NCBI GenBank assembly: GCA_965224085.1
Contig: CBDCYI010000004.1
Span: forward strand, 1,120,001-1,184,000
From: Candidatus Marinacidobacterales bacterium
GTDB taxonomy: Bacteria; Acidobacteriota; Vicinamibacteria; Marinacidobacterales; SMYC01
Reading direction: 5' to 3'
DNA length: 64,000 nucleotides
Shown here: piece by piece, positions 9,623 through 19,778 of the stretch
Numbering within the stretch: position 1 is the first letter of the stretch
How the letters are laid out: the number at the start of each line of letters is the position of its first letter
Program-made: the position numbers and the translations under genes
The notes under the pieces: generated by a model
What the model saw: the letters and a program-made list of their open reading frames with translations, nothing else
Databases searched by the model: none
Told to the model about the DNA's origin: nothing

Positions 9623-10294
9623 GTGGGGAACAGACTGACACTTACGGCCGCCGACGGTCACACGCTCGGCGCCTATCGCGCCGACCCGGCGGAGTTTGCC
9701 AAAGGCGGCATCGTCGTGCTCCAGGAGATCTTCGGGGTCAACGCCCATATCCGAGACGTGTGTGATCGCTTCGCTCGAGAGGGCTATGCGGCGATCGCCC
9801 CGGCGCTCTACGATCGCAGCTCGCTCGACAACGCGGAGCTCGACTATACCGGAGACGACGTGGCCCGGGGCCGTGCGCTTCGCGACGAGTTCTCTTGGGA
9901 TGATACGATGAAAGATGTCGACGCTGCTGCGAACGTTTTGAAGGGAGGCGGGCTCAAAGTCGGCACGGTGGGCTACTGCTGGGGCGGGACGATGGCGTAT
10001 CTCTCCGCTACGCGGCTCGACATCGCCGCTGCGGTCGTCTACTACGGCGGTCAGATCATGCCGTACATCGACGAGAAGGAACGCTGCCCGTTACTCATGC
10101 ACTTCGGCGAGACGGATCACTCGATCCCGCTGAGCGGTGTCGAGGCTATCCAAAGGGCGCACGCGAACGCCGTGGTGCACGTCTACTCTGCTGGGCACGG
10201 CTTCAACTGCGACCGCCGCGGGAGCTACGACGAAGCAGCTTCGAAGCTCGCTTACGATCGGACGCTGTCCCTTTTTGCCGAACAGCTGACGTGA
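9623..10294 (+). CDS. Dienelactone hydrolase family protein
   Basis: QEIFGVN, GYCWGG nucleophile elbow, AGHGF. Confidence 0.93.
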   Translation: MGNRLTLTAADGHTLGAYRADPAEFAKGGIVVLQEIFGVNAHIRDVCDRFAREGYAAIAPALYDRSSLDNAELDYTGDDVARGRALRDEFSWDDTMKDVDAAANVLKGGGLKVGTVGYCWGGTMAYLSATRLDIAAAVVYYGGQIMPYIDEKERCPLLMHFGETDHSIPLSGVEAIQRAHANAVVHVYSAGHGFNCDRRGSYDEAASKLAYDRTLSLFAEQLT

Positions 10295-12015
10295 GCACGA
10301 TCGGTAAAACGCGCAGTCACAAGCGCGTCGCGAAGAGCGAAGCCGTCGCTGTGAACGGGATGGTGACGGCGATGCATCCGCTTGCCGCCGAGGCGGGCGT
10401 CGAGATCTTGCGAAGCGGCGGGAACGCGGCCGACGCGGCCGTCGCCACCGCGCTCGCCGTTTCTGTAGTCGAGCCTTTCATGAGCGGGCTCGGCGGCTGC
10501 GCCTACGCCGTGTCTTACGATGCGAAGCGCGCGACAACGAGCTGTTACGAAGGGAGTGCGCGAGCACCCCTAGAGTCCCACGACGCGATGTTCGCGCTCG
10601 TCGACGCCGATCTCAAGAGCGATGGGCTCTACGGCTGGCGCGCCACCGTCGACGACGCCGCCGAGACCGGCCACCGCGCGGTCGCCGTGCCAGGGACCGT
10701 CGCCGCGCTCGCTATGCTGCACGAAGCGGAGGGCAAGAGACCGTGGAAAGAACTCTTCACGCCCGCCATCCGGCTCGCTGAAGGCGTTCCCGTCGACGAG
10801 TATTTCTTCACACAGTCCGCTGCCTCCGCCGCGCGCTTGAAAGCCTTCGACCACACGATGGCGATCTTCTTTGAGCCGGACGGCACGCCCAAAGTACCGG
10901 GAGCGGCCGGCGGGCTCCATCAGGAGGAGCTCGCCCGCACCTTCGCCGTGCTCGCGGAAGAAGGACCGCAGACGTTCTACACAGGCTCGCTCGCGTCTGC
11001 CGTCGTCGACGCCGTCCGGGCAGGCGGCGGCGTTTTGAGCCTCGAGGATTTGGCGCAATACACGGCGCGTCGTTTCGACCCGCTATGGGTGCGCTATGGC
11101 GACGCCACTATAGCCACGCTCCCAGAGAACAGTGGCGGACCTACGCTCGCTTTCGCGCTCTCCCTGCTAGACGGCTTCGACCTAGAGTCTCTCCCCTACG
11201 ACGCGGTGTCTCGCCTGCATCTGATCGCGGAAGCGCTTCGGATGGCGTTCACCGATCGTTATCGCTTCCTCGGCGACAGCGAGCTTTTGGCGATACCTTT
11301 CGAGGGCCTATTCTCGGACGAATACCTTACTGAGCGGCGAAAGCTCATTACGGCCGAAGGCCATCGCCTCGAGACACTTCCAGAGGGTGATCCGTGGCGC
11401 TACGATTCGAAATCGCGGAGCGCGCTTCAAGACTCGGGTGAAAGCGCCAGTCAACAGACGACACACTTGAACGTAGTCGACGCGGATGGCAACATGGTGG
11501 CTCTGACCGCGACGCTCGGCGCCCGCTTCGGTTCGGGAGTCACGGTGCCAGATCTGGGTGTTGTGTTGAACAACGGGATGATGTGGTTCGACCCCGACGC
11601 CGGCCACAAGAGTTCCGTGAGTCCAGGAAAACGCGCTCTTCACGCCGCCGCGCCTTGTCTCTTGTTCGACGCCGGCGTGCCCTCTGCCGCAGTGGGCTCG
11701 CCCGGTGGGCGCAAAATCATGAGCGCGGTCCTACAAGTACTGCTCGCCATGGTGGACCACGGGATGGGGCCGAAAGACGCCGTCGCCGCGCCACGCATCC
11801 ATTGCGAGAGTGCTCCCAGCCTGCTCGTGGAGACAGGCTTCTCGAGCGACGTTGCCGACGGGCTTCGCGCTCGTGGCCACGACGTCACTTTTGCAAGCGA
11901 GGGATTCATCGCTACTTACTTTGGACGACCCAGCGCGATCGTCCTCGACCGTACGCGCCACGAGCTTCGCGGCGGCGTCGAGCCGTATCGCGTGAGCGCC
12001 GCCGTAGGTTATTGA
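10291..12015 (+). CDS. ggt: Gamma-glutamyltransferase family protein
   Basis: GGNAADAAVA, SGLGG, TTHLNVVDADGN (Thr nucleophile), GSPGG. Confidence 0.9.
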   Translation: MSTIGKTRSHKRVAKSEAVAVNGMVTAMHPLAAEAGVEILRSGGNAADAAVATALAVSVVEPFMSGLGGCAYAVSYDAKRATTSCYEGSARAPLESHDAMFALVDADLKSDGLYGWRATVDDAAETGHRAVAVPGTVAALAMLHEAEGKRPWKELFTPAIRLAEGVPVDEYFFTQSAASAARLKAFDHTMAIFFEPDGTPKVPGAAGGLHQEELARTFAVLAEEGPQTFYTGSLASAVVDAVRAGGGVLSLEDLAQYTARRFDPLWVRYGDATIATLPENSGGPTLAFALSLLDGFDLESLPYDAVSRLHLIAEALRMAFTDRYRFLGDSELLAIPFEGLFSDEYLTERRKLITAEGHRLETLPEGDPWRYDSKSRSALQDSGESASQQTTHLNVVDADGNMVALTATLGARFGSGVTVPDLGVVLNNGMMWFDPDAGHKSSVSPGKRALHAAAPCLLFDAGVPSAAVGSPGGRKIMSAVLQVLLAMVDHGMGPKDAVAAPRIHCESAPSLLVETGFSSDVADGLRARGHDVTFASEGFIATYFGRPSAIVLDRTRHELRGGVEPYRVSAAVGY

Positions 12016-12046
12016 CAGGCTGACATCCGGGATTCGAAATTCATAA

Positions 12047-13567
12047 ATGGCCGAGACGAACGCACCCAAACCCGAACCCACTGAGACTGAGACTGCCACG
12101 ACCGCCGATGAATCGGCACGATCGAAGCGCCGTGTCCTCGTTGTCGGCGCCGGGCAAACCGGGCGCGCGCTCGCGCGCGTTTTGTCGAATAGTTGGGACA
12201 TCGCCATTCTCGATCCGGACGAAGAACGCCTCGCCCGGCTCGAGAACGAGCTGCCGGACCGCGAAGTGCGGCTCTTCGCTAAAGATGGGACGAGCCTCTT
12301 GAATTTGAAAGAAGCAGGCCTCGTCGGAGCCGAATGGCTCGCGGCGGTCACCAACAAAGACGAAGTCAATGCCGAAGCCTGCCGCGTCGCGAACAGCATC
12401 CAGGACCCGCCGGCGACGATCGCCATCGTTCGCCGCCCCGAGCACCAGGACTGGTTCAAAGCCGTGGGTGCCGAGCTCGTCAGCCGTCCGGCAGCGGTGG
12501 CCGGTCTCATCAAGAACCGCATCGAGCGCGCCCATCAGATCGCGAGTGGCGTTGGGCTCGAACAAGGTGAGATTCTGGAGATCCCGGTGCTACGCAGCTC
12601 ACCGGCTGTGGACGTGCGGGTCAAAGATTTGCGCGCCCGCCGCTGGCTCGTCGCGGCCATTTATCGAGACGACCGCTACGTTGTGCCCCACGGCCACGTC
12701 ATCATTCGGAAAGGGGACCGCCTGCTCTTGACGGGCGAACCCGAGGTCCTTCCCTATATTGCCGACTATCTTCGAGAAGGTGTGGCGCGCTTCCCTCTTC
12801 AATACGGCGTGCGCACGATTGCCCTCAGCACGAGCGAGCCGCCTCCGGAATTTTGGGAAGAGGTGCGCTATCTCGTGGACCACACGCGCACACGAACGGC
12901 ACGGGCATTGATGCCGAAGAACGTGCCGACACCGAGTGTTGCGCTCGAAAGCGGCAAGATGGAAACGCAAACGATCAACGCGACGGACTCCCTCATGACC
13001 GTCATACGCCGCGACCTCCCCGGCCTCGATTGCGGCTGTCTCGTCTTGCCGAAAACACCCGTCGACTTCTGGGGCCGCATCGGGCTCCGGCGTCCCTGGT
13101 TTGCCGATGCACTCGATACGCTGGACTGTCCGGTGCTCCTTGCGACTTCCAGCCAACCCTATCGGCGAATTCTGCTTCCGGTGCTCGACCCCGACGCCTC
13201 GATACTTGCCGCCGAACTCGCCATCGACATCTCGCGCCAGTTGAAAGTCGAGCTAGCGGCGGTCGTGGTGACGCCGCCCACTTTCATCGTCGGCCAGGAG
13301 AGCGTCGACGAGCAGAAAGAAGCGCTCGAGACCGTGATGGAGGTCGGCTCGCTCTATCACATCAAGATCGAGCAAATCATCATGGAAGGAAATCCCGCTA
13401 AAGAGATCGAGACCCTCGCGGGCGACGGCGACCTCCTCGTCATCTCGCACCGTGCGGGCCAGCGAGCGTCGATGTTCAATCCGGATACAGGGCTCCAGAT
13501 CATCGCACGGTGCAAGAGCTCCGTCCTGGCGCTCTCCTATCGCGAGCGCGTGCATGGAGCTGGCTGA
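12047..13567 (+). CDS. TrkA_N/TrkA_C (RCK) protein fused to universal-stress-protein-like domains
   Basis: Rossmann VVGAGQTG, RCK_C-like AAIYRDDRYVVPHG...GDRL, C-terminal YRRILLPV...EGNPAKEI...DLLVI USP fold. Confidence 0.8.
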   Translation: MAETNAPKPEPTETETATTADESARSKRRVLVVGAGQTGRALARVLSNSWDIAILDPDEERLARLENELPDREVRLFAKDGTSLLNLKEAGLVGAEWLAAVTNKDEVNAEACRVANSIQDPPATIAIVRRPEHQDWFKAVGAELVSRPAAVAGLIKNRIERAHQIASGVGLEQGEILEIPVLRSSPAVDVRVKDLRARRWLVAAIYRDDRYVVPHGHVIIRKGDRLLLTGEPEVLPYIADYLREGVARFPLQYGVRTIALSTSEPPPEFWEEVRYLVDHTRTRTARALMPKNVPTPSVALESGKMETQTINATDSLMTVIRRDLPGLDCGCLVLPKTPVDFWGRIGLRRPWFADALDTLDCPVLLATSSQPYRRILLPVLDPDASILAAELAIDISRQLKVELAAVVVTPPTFIVGQESVDEQKEALETVMEVGSLYHIKIEQIIMEGNPAKEIETLAGDGDLLVISHRAGQRASMFNPDTGLQIIARCKSSVLALSYRERVHGAG

Positions 13568-14768
13568 AGCCCTTTCGCTCGTCATATTCTATTTGGGCGC
13601 CTCTACCATGCCGATGGTAGCGTCGCGCGTGCACGTGCCAGCGGCCGTCGCGGAAATCCTTTACGGGCTCGCCATCAGCGCTTTGGGACTGGTACACGAA
13701 GGCGGGGCGACCCATTTTCTCGCTGAGCTCGGCTTCGTCTATCTCATGTTCCTCGTCGGGATGGAGATCGACTTCAACCGAGTCGAGCGCGAGGGGAGAG
13801 GCACCGTCGCGTTCGCGTTCGCCATTGCGGCGCTCGTGCTCGTAACATCGAGCTACATCGCCGTACGACTCGGGATGTCGTTTTTTATGGGGATCGTGAT
13901 CGGAGCGATGTCGGTGGGTGTTCTTCTGGTCGCGCTCGTCGAAAGCAACGCTTCGCAAACGCGATGGGGACAGATCCTCCTACTCGTGGGGTCGGCTGGC
14001 GAGCTTCTGACGCTCCTCACATTGACGGGCTACCACCTCGTGCATACGCACAGCTTGAGCTTGGCGCTCGCTGCTGCGGCCCTTCGCGTGCTGTTGCTCT
14101 TTATCATCGCTCTCGTGCTCCTCACGTTGCTGCGCCTCGGGGTCTGGTGGTTCCCGCACAGCTTTCAGCGATGGGTGCGCGAAGAAGATCCTTCCGAGCT
14201 CGGCGTGCGTTTCGGCTTCGTGCTCATGCTCGGCCTGACCGCAGTCGCCGCGTGGGTGGGGCTCGAAGCGATCCTTGGCGCCTTCCTCGCCGGAATGCTC
14301 TTCGCCTATGTTTTCCGGGAGACGGGTGTCCTGGAAACGAAACTCACCGCGCTCGGGCAAGGATTCTTCGTGCCCATCTTCTTCATCAACGTCGGCGTCA
14401 CGTTCGAGTGGTCCGCGATCGGAAACCTCTCTACCCTCGGTAGAAGCCTGATGGTGTTGGGCGTCGCCTCTCTGGTCGCAAAGCTCCTCCCAACAATATT
14501 ACTGTTGTTTCTCGGCCTGAGATGGCGTTCCGTTCTCGCGGGTGCGTTTCTCTTGGCAACACCTCTAACACTGCTCGTCGCCATCGCCGCGCTTGGCCGC
14601 GAGATGGGTGTCCTCGACGCGAGCATGAGCGCCGCGGTGATTTTCTTGGCCATCGCGACCGGGGTGGTCTTCCCGACGCTGTTCAAGCTGATCGCACCGC
14701 CGGTTCCGGAACCCACGATGTCCGAAGGCGAGTTGCCACCCTTTACTTCTGACGCCGGGGCGACTTGA
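13554..14768 (+). CDS. Cation:proton antiporter (CPA2)
   Basis: LMFLVGMEID, LGAFLAG, GFFVPIFFINVG; start at ATG 13554 overlapping the upstream gene. Confidence 0.88.
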   Translation: MELAEALSLVIFYLGASTMPMVASRVHVPAAVAEILYGLAISALGLVHEGGATHFLAELGFVYLMFLVGMEIDFNRVEREGRGTVAFAFAIAALVLVTSSYIAVRLGMSFFMGIVIGAMSVGVLLVALVESNASQTRWGQILLLVGSAGELLTLLTLTGYHLVHTHSLSLALAAAALRVLLLFIIALVLLTLLRLGVWWFPHSFQRWVREEDPSELGVRFGFVLMLGLTAVAAWVGLEAILGAFLAGMLFAYVFRETGVLETKLTALGQGFFVPIFFINVGVTFEWSAIGNLSTLGRSLMVLGVASLVAKLLPTILLLFLGLRWRSVLAGAFLLATPLTLLVAIAALGREMGVLDASMSAAVIFLAIATGVVFPTLFKLIAPPVPEPTMSEGELPPFTSDAGAT

Positions 14769-14769
14769 C

Positions 14770-15061
14770 GTGAAACTAGAATCGCTGCAGGGTTGGTTCT
14801 CCCGGACCCGCCTCGAGCGGGCCAACTCGTTCTGGACAGAGCTCAAACGACGGCACCGGTTCACCGACCCGGTCGGCTGAACGACGGTACGCGTCTATTT
14901 TCTTCTTGCCGAAGTCCAGCTCGGAGCGTCTGGGGAACCAGGATCTGTGGGTGCTCTCGCTCGAGGACGAACTCTCCCGGCCTTGGCCGACGATCCCGCG
15001 CCCGACGAGCAACCTAAGCGCCACGTCACGGCTATTGGCCAGAGTGGCAGCGATTGCCTGA
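14770..15061 (+). pseudogene. Degenerate gene remnant (possible TolB/PD40-repeat protein fragment)
   Basis: Short segments in different frames: SFWTELKRRH, SERLGNQDLWVLSLED, ALADDPAPDEQP; no continuous ORF. Confidence 0.3.
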
Positions 15062-15091
15062 CTCGATTCCCACTGCTGTGGCGCGCGGCGC

Positions 15092-17548
15092 CTAGCCGAT
15101 GGGACTCCCTTGCGGTGTCTTGGGTTTCGTCGAGCCCGGGATCGTCCCCTCCGGCCTGGCTTGCCAGCGGCGGATGTCCTCGAGCGCGAGTTTCCGATGC
15201 GGGCCTGCGCTCGTGTCGCTTTCCAGGCGGTCGGCGAGCTCGTCGAGCTTTGCGCTCAGGATCGCTCGGACCCGAGCGGGGTTGTCGGCGCTACTCCCCT
15301 GGCTCATCACTTCGTCGAGCACGCTGCGCTCCGCCACTTCACGTACTTGCGCGTGATAGCTGTTCGCTGGGCGGGCCGCGTACCAGGTCGCCTCGTAGAG
15401 GCCGTCGACCACTTCGCCGAGCCCCAGGTTGTCCGTGTCGCGGCTGTGGTAGTCCACGAGCCGGGCCATCCGTTCCGGGTGCAGCAGCAGGCTCATCGTG
15501 TAGTCGGCGGAGACGTCGGCGGCCGTCAGCGGATCGAAGAGGAGGCCGGTGTGGCGCGGAAACGGTTCTCCGCCCGCGTATCGGTAGGCCGGCGGTGGGA
15601 TGAGCCCCAATATGTGGTCCGGGATCGCTAGGAACTCCGCGTCGAGTGTCACGAGCACGTTCTCGAGAGCGCGTCTCTGCTCGCCCCCCGGGACGATCGT
15701 CACCGGAGTCTGGTTGTCGCCCCGAACCGCATAATAGTAGTCGGCGCCGCCCACCGTGTTGAGCGCTGATTTCATCTGATAGCGATGATGGAGGTAGAGC
15801 GGGAGCAGTGCTTGCTCGAGCAGAGACATCGGTTCCCCCACGCGAATGACGGAAGGTCCAAAGTTCTCGAGGCCGATGCGGCGTACCTCGATCTCGTGGG
15901 CCAGCGTGTCGACGAGATTCCCTCCGTTGTCCCACACCGATGCAAGTGGGTGTGCGCCCGCGGCTATGAGGTTATCGGTATGGGTCATGAACCGAGTCTC
16001 GCTGCGCAGCCCCGCCTCCACGATGGCGCCGAGCGCTTGTGGCTCGTCGGTTCCTGGGGCGAAGTCGCTGTAGAGCCATCGCACCGACAGTTTGTCGTAC
16101 TCCCCGATCCCGACACCGTAGGCGTCTCCGAGCTCGAGCGCGCCGTCTCGGATTTGTACGAGCGGAGCGGGGTAGTCCATGACGCTCGCGCGGCCGCCAT
16201 AGGTGCTCGCCATGTAGTTGTGGGGAAAACCGAGGGTGTGGCCTACTTCGTGTGCGGAGAGCTGTCGCACGCGGGCGAGCGCCATCTCCACTGGCGTTGC
16301 GCCACCGCCGACTTGAGCGAGGTATTCGAAGCCCGGCGCGGCGCTCAGTGCGCAGCCGTCTAGCGTTCCCGCGTCGGCGAAGGGACCGATCATTCCCTTC
16401 CCCATCAAGTAGTCCTGCCGGAGGCGTAAGCTTCCGAGATTCACGTTCCCTTTGATGATCTCACCCGTGCGCGGGTCCGAGACCGATCCGCCATACGACC
16501 AGCCGCGCGTCGATCGATGCGTCCAGTGGATCATGCTGTAGCGGACGTCCATCGGGTCCGCACCTTCCGGAAGCACTTCCACGCGAAAGGCGTCGATGAA
16601 ACCGGCCGCTTCGAAAGCCTCGTTCCACCACCGCGCGCCGTCGAGAAGTGCTGTGCGGATCGGCTCCGGCACGCCGCGGTCGAGGTAGTACATGATAGGC
16701 TCCACCGCCTCGGATCGGACGGCACTCGGGTCGCGTTTTTCCAACCGGTGCCGCGCCGTCCACCTTACGGTCAGACTTTCATCGATCGGGGTCGCGTAGT
16801 CGTTGAACGTGGGCCCGAAGACGCCGATGCGTGGGTCCGCTACGCGTGGCTGGAAGTTATCGTCGGGAAGCTTTACCAGAGAATGATGCTGGCGGAGCGT
16901 CACCGCTTCACCACTCGCAGCAACCGAGCGGACGAGCGCTCCTGGATCGTCGCTCGTGAAGGTCAGTAGGGTCTCGATCTCCGTATTCTCCGGAAAGGCT
17001 TTCGTCCTAGGCAAGTAAAAGACGCTGCGGCTTCGGTCGAGCTTGTAACTCCCTTGGCCCGCACGCTGGATGCGTCGCGCGGCGCCATGCGTGTCGCGGA
17101 GGAAGAAGTCTGTGGCGTCGACGAGCACGCTTGCTCCCGTCTCGGCCTCGACTTCGAAGCCCCAATGCACCGAAGGCGCGAAGGCGTCCCGCACCGCGGC
17201 TACCTCGTCCGGGTTGTCACTGCGGGCACGGTAGCCGTAGTTCGGCTCCATCAGCAGCACCCGAGGGCCCACCCGCATCGCTTTGAGGACGTAGGCGCCT
17301 CCGAGCTGGCCGCGGTCGAGCCCGACAGGGTTACTTCCGAGCCCCGAGCTCAACGAGACCGAGTAGAGAAACTCGGTGTCGAGCTCGTCGATCTCCCAAT
17401 AGAGCTTGCCGGTCTCGTCATCCCAATAGATGTCGAAGAATCCTTCTAGCCGTTCCATCTCCGCGGTCTTATCCGCGATCGACGGTGTGTCCTCCTGAGC
17501 GTTCGCTGTACAAGCGACGAGTAGGATCAACCATCTTGCTGCTTTCAT
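15092..17548 (-). CDS. Secreted zinc-dependent metalloprotease (DUF5117/DUF4953, EcxA-like)
   Basis: Signal peptide; HEVGHTLGFPHN zinc motif, SVMDY Met-turn, DPRTGEIIKG. Confidence 0.9.
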   Translation of the reverse strand: MKAARWLILLVACTANAQEDTPSIADKTAEMERLEGFFDIYWDDETGKLYWEIDELDTEFLYSVSLSSGLGSNPVGLDRGQLGGAYVLKAMRVGPRVLLMEPNYGYRARSDNPDEVAAVRDAFAPSVHWGFEVEAETGASVLVDATDFFLRDTHGAARRIQRAGQGSYKLDRSRSVFYLPRTKAFPENTEIETLLTFTSDDPGALVRSVAASGEAVTLRQHHSLVKLPDDNFQPRVADPRIGVFGPTFNDYATPIDESLTVRWTARHRLEKRDPSAVRSEAVEPIMYYLDRGVPEPIRTALLDGARWWNEAFEAAGFIDAFRVEVLPEGADPMDVRYSMIHWTHRSTRGWSYGGSVSDPRTGEIIKGNVNLGSLRLRQDYLMGKGMIGPFADAGTLDGCALSAAPGFEYLAQVGGGATPVEMALARVRQLSAHEVGHTLGFPHNYMASTYGGRASVMDYPAPLVQIRDGALELGDAYGVGIGEYDKLSVRWLYSDFAPGTDEPQALGAIVEAGLRSETRFMTHTDNLIAAGAHPLASVWDNGGNLVDTLAHEIEVRRIGLENFGPSVIRVGEPMSLLEQALLPLYLHHRYQMKSALNTVGGADYYYAVRGDNQTPVTIVPGGEQRRALENVLVTLDAEFLAIPDHILGLIPPPAYRYAGGEPFPRHTGLLFDPLTAADVSADYTMSLLLHPERMARLVDYHSRDTDNLGLGEVVDGLYEATWYAARPANSYHAQVREVAERSVLDEVMSQGSSADNPARVRAILSAKLDELADRLESDTSAGPHRKLALEDIRRWQARPEGTIPGSTKPKTPQGSPIG

Positions 17549-17582
17549 AGATCCATTACCTCCGAACAGTGAAACTATTGTA

Positions 17583-18521
17583 TTAACGCGACTTGTTCAA
17601 AAAGCCGAGAAACTCCGAGCTGCTGCTGAGCAGAAGGGTTACGTCCTCGTCCAGGCTCGTGCGATAGGTCTCCAGCGTCTTCAAGAACTGATAGAAGTCA
17701 GCGTCCTTGCTGTAGGCCCGGCCGTAAATGCCCGTCGCTGCCGCGTCGGCATTGCCGCGGGTCTCTTCGGCCGTTCGGAACGCTGCCGACTCGATACGCT
17801 GCAGGTCCCGGTCTTTCTGGCCACGAATCTCCGCAGAACGTCCGAGTCCTTCAGAGCGGCTGCGCTCGGCGATGCGTTTGCGCTCGGAGATCATGCGCTG
17901 ATAGACGGACTCGCGCACTTCCTCCGTATAGTTGATCCGCTTGAACTGCACGTCCACGAGCTCGATGCCGAGGGTCGCCACGGCCACCGAGGCGCTCTCG
18001 AGAACGCTTCGTGTGATCTCGTCACGGCCGCTCTGAATCTGCGTCGGAGCCTCCTGCTCGAGCATGCCGAGAAGCACTTCGGTCACCTCGAACTCGCGAT
18101 CGGTCGCGCGCACGATCTCGATGAGGTCGAAGCTTGCGACAGCGTTTCGCGTTTCGCCGTCGATGATGTCGTCGATTCGGGTTTGGGCCTGCTGTTCGTT
18201 CGTGACCGACACGAAGAACTGCAGCGGGTCCTCGATACGCCATCGGGCATAGGTGTCGACCCAGATGAATTTCTTGTCCTTGGTCGGGATTTGGTTGGCG
18301 TCACCGTCCCACGGGAGCCAGCGTTTGTCGAAGCGGTGCACTTCTTGGAAGGGCCACGGAAGCTTCATGTGCAGCCCCGCGTCCTGAACCGCGTCGCCGA
18401 CCGGTTCTCCGAATTGGGTGATGATCGCTTGCTCGGTCTCGTTCAACGTGTAGAGGCTGGTGGCGAAAAAGGCCCCCGCGACGATCAGTAGTCCGGTGAA
18501 GAGCGTGCGGCTCGCGTTCAT
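17583..18521 (-). CDS. hflC: FtsH protease modulator HflC
   Basis: SPFH domain; RMISERKRIA...RSEG, DFYQFLKTLETY. Confidence 0.95.
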   Translation of the reverse strand: MNASRTLFTGLLIVAGAFFATSLYTLNETEQAIITQFGEPVGDAVQDAGLHMKLPWPFQEVHRFDKRWLPWDGDANQIPTKDKKFIWVDTYARWRIEDPLQFFVSVTNEQQAQTRIDDIIDGETRNAVASFDLIEIVRATDREFEVTEVLLGMLEQEAPTQIQSGRDEITRSVLESASVAVATLGIELVDVQFKRINYTEEVRESVYQRMISERKRIAERSRSEGLGRSAEIRGQKDRDLQRIESAAFRTAEETRGNADAAATGIYGRAYSKDADFYQFLKTLETYRTSLDEDVTLLLSSSSEFLGFLNKSR

Positions 18522-19522
18522 TGCTGTCCTCCTTGGGTTAGATTCATCAACGGGAGCACCGAGGCGCCATCTTCGTCGACGATCACTTTCTTGCCGACAC
18601 GGGGCAGAACTTCGTTGAGCATCTCCAGGTACATGCGGGTGCGAGTGACGCGCGGTGCTTTGCGGTACTCCGCATAAATGGAATCGAAGCGGGTGGCTTC
18701 ACCTTCGGCGCGGTTCACGCGGGCGGTCGCATAGCCTTCCGCTTCCTGGATCAGCTGGAGCGCCTCGCCTTCGGCTTTCGGGATCGCTTGGTTGAACTCG
18801 GTGCGTGCTTCGTTGATGAGCTGCTCGCGCTCCTGGATGGCTTGGTTGACCTCGTTGAACGAAGGCTTCACGGCGTCGGGCGGGTTCACGTCCTGGAGCA
18901 CGACCTGCTGGACGTCGATGCCGATCCCGTAGGTGTCGCTGAGCTGCTGCAGGATTTCCTTGGCCTGGTCGGCGATGCTGGCGCGGCCGGTCGTAATGAC
19001 TTCGTCCACGCTGTGGTCGCCCACGACTTGGCGCATCGCCGCTTCGGTCATGTCGCGAAAGCTCGACTCGGGCGAGCGCACATTGAACAGAAACGCGCGC
19101 GGGTCCTTGATCCTGTACTGCACGATCCACTCGACGACGGCAACGTTCAAATCGCCCGTGAGCATCAAAGATTCGTCCTCGAAGCCCCGGTCGATATATT
19201 GGGTCCGGACGCCGGCCTCGGCCGTACGGAAGCCGAACTCCTCCTTGAGCTGGCGCTGGACCGGCACCTTGATCACGTCGTCCACGAACGGGACGAGGAA
19301 GTGCAGCCCCGGTCCCGTTTCCGATGAGTAGCGCCCGAATCGGAGCACGACGCCCCTCTCATCCGGGTCGATTTGGTAGACCGAGCTGAACGCGGCTACC
19401 GCAACAACGAGACCGACAAGGATCGCGATCGCGTTCTTCGGTACGAACTTGGGCATGTTGATCTGCGGCATTTTGGACGCGTCAAAATCAAACGGGCCCT
19501 TACCACTACCTCCAAAAGACAT
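18518..19522 (-). CDS. hflK: FtsH protease modulator HflK
   Basis: MLTGDLN, AEGEATRF, TRTRMYLE; RBS GGAGGT before ATG 19522. Confidence 0.95.
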   Translation of the reverse strand: MSFGGSGKGPFDFDASKMPQINMPKFVPKNAIAILVGLVVAVAAFSSVYQIDPDERGVVLRFGRYSSETGPGLHFLVPFVDDVIKVPVQRQLKEEFGFRTAEAGVRTQYIDRGFEDESLMLTGDLNVAVVEWIVQYRIKDPRAFLFNVRSPESSFRDMTEAAMRQVVGDHSVDEVITTGRASIADQAKEILQQLSDTYGIGIDVQQVVLQDVNPPDAVKPSFNEVNQAIQEREQLINEARTEFNQAIPKAEGEALQLIQEAEGYATARVNRAEGEATRFDSIYAEYRKAPRVTRTRMYLEMLNEVLPRVGKKVIVDEDGASVLPLMNLTQGGQQ

Positions 19523-19778
19523 ATGTGACCTCCTCGGCAGAGAGTATCGCTTATAATCACGATACGCTATGAGCTTCGGAGACGACTTCAAGAATGCCGA
19601 CGACCCTCAGTGCAAAGAATTGTGCGTTTTTCACGCCCTTACGAGCGCGACGGCCGCATATGCCGGTACCTTGTAACCTGAATCCACCGCAAGTGGTCTC
19701 GCACGAGGGCGAGCTTCATTATGTATTCCCTGCGGTAGCAGCCGGCTGGTATTGCGGTCACTTCTCTCCGAAGCGCTG

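Noticed and set aside
19530-19778. T-box or riboswitch upstream of valS
   Set aside because: No T-box consensus or terminator/antiterminator pair recognised; looks like a divergent promoter region
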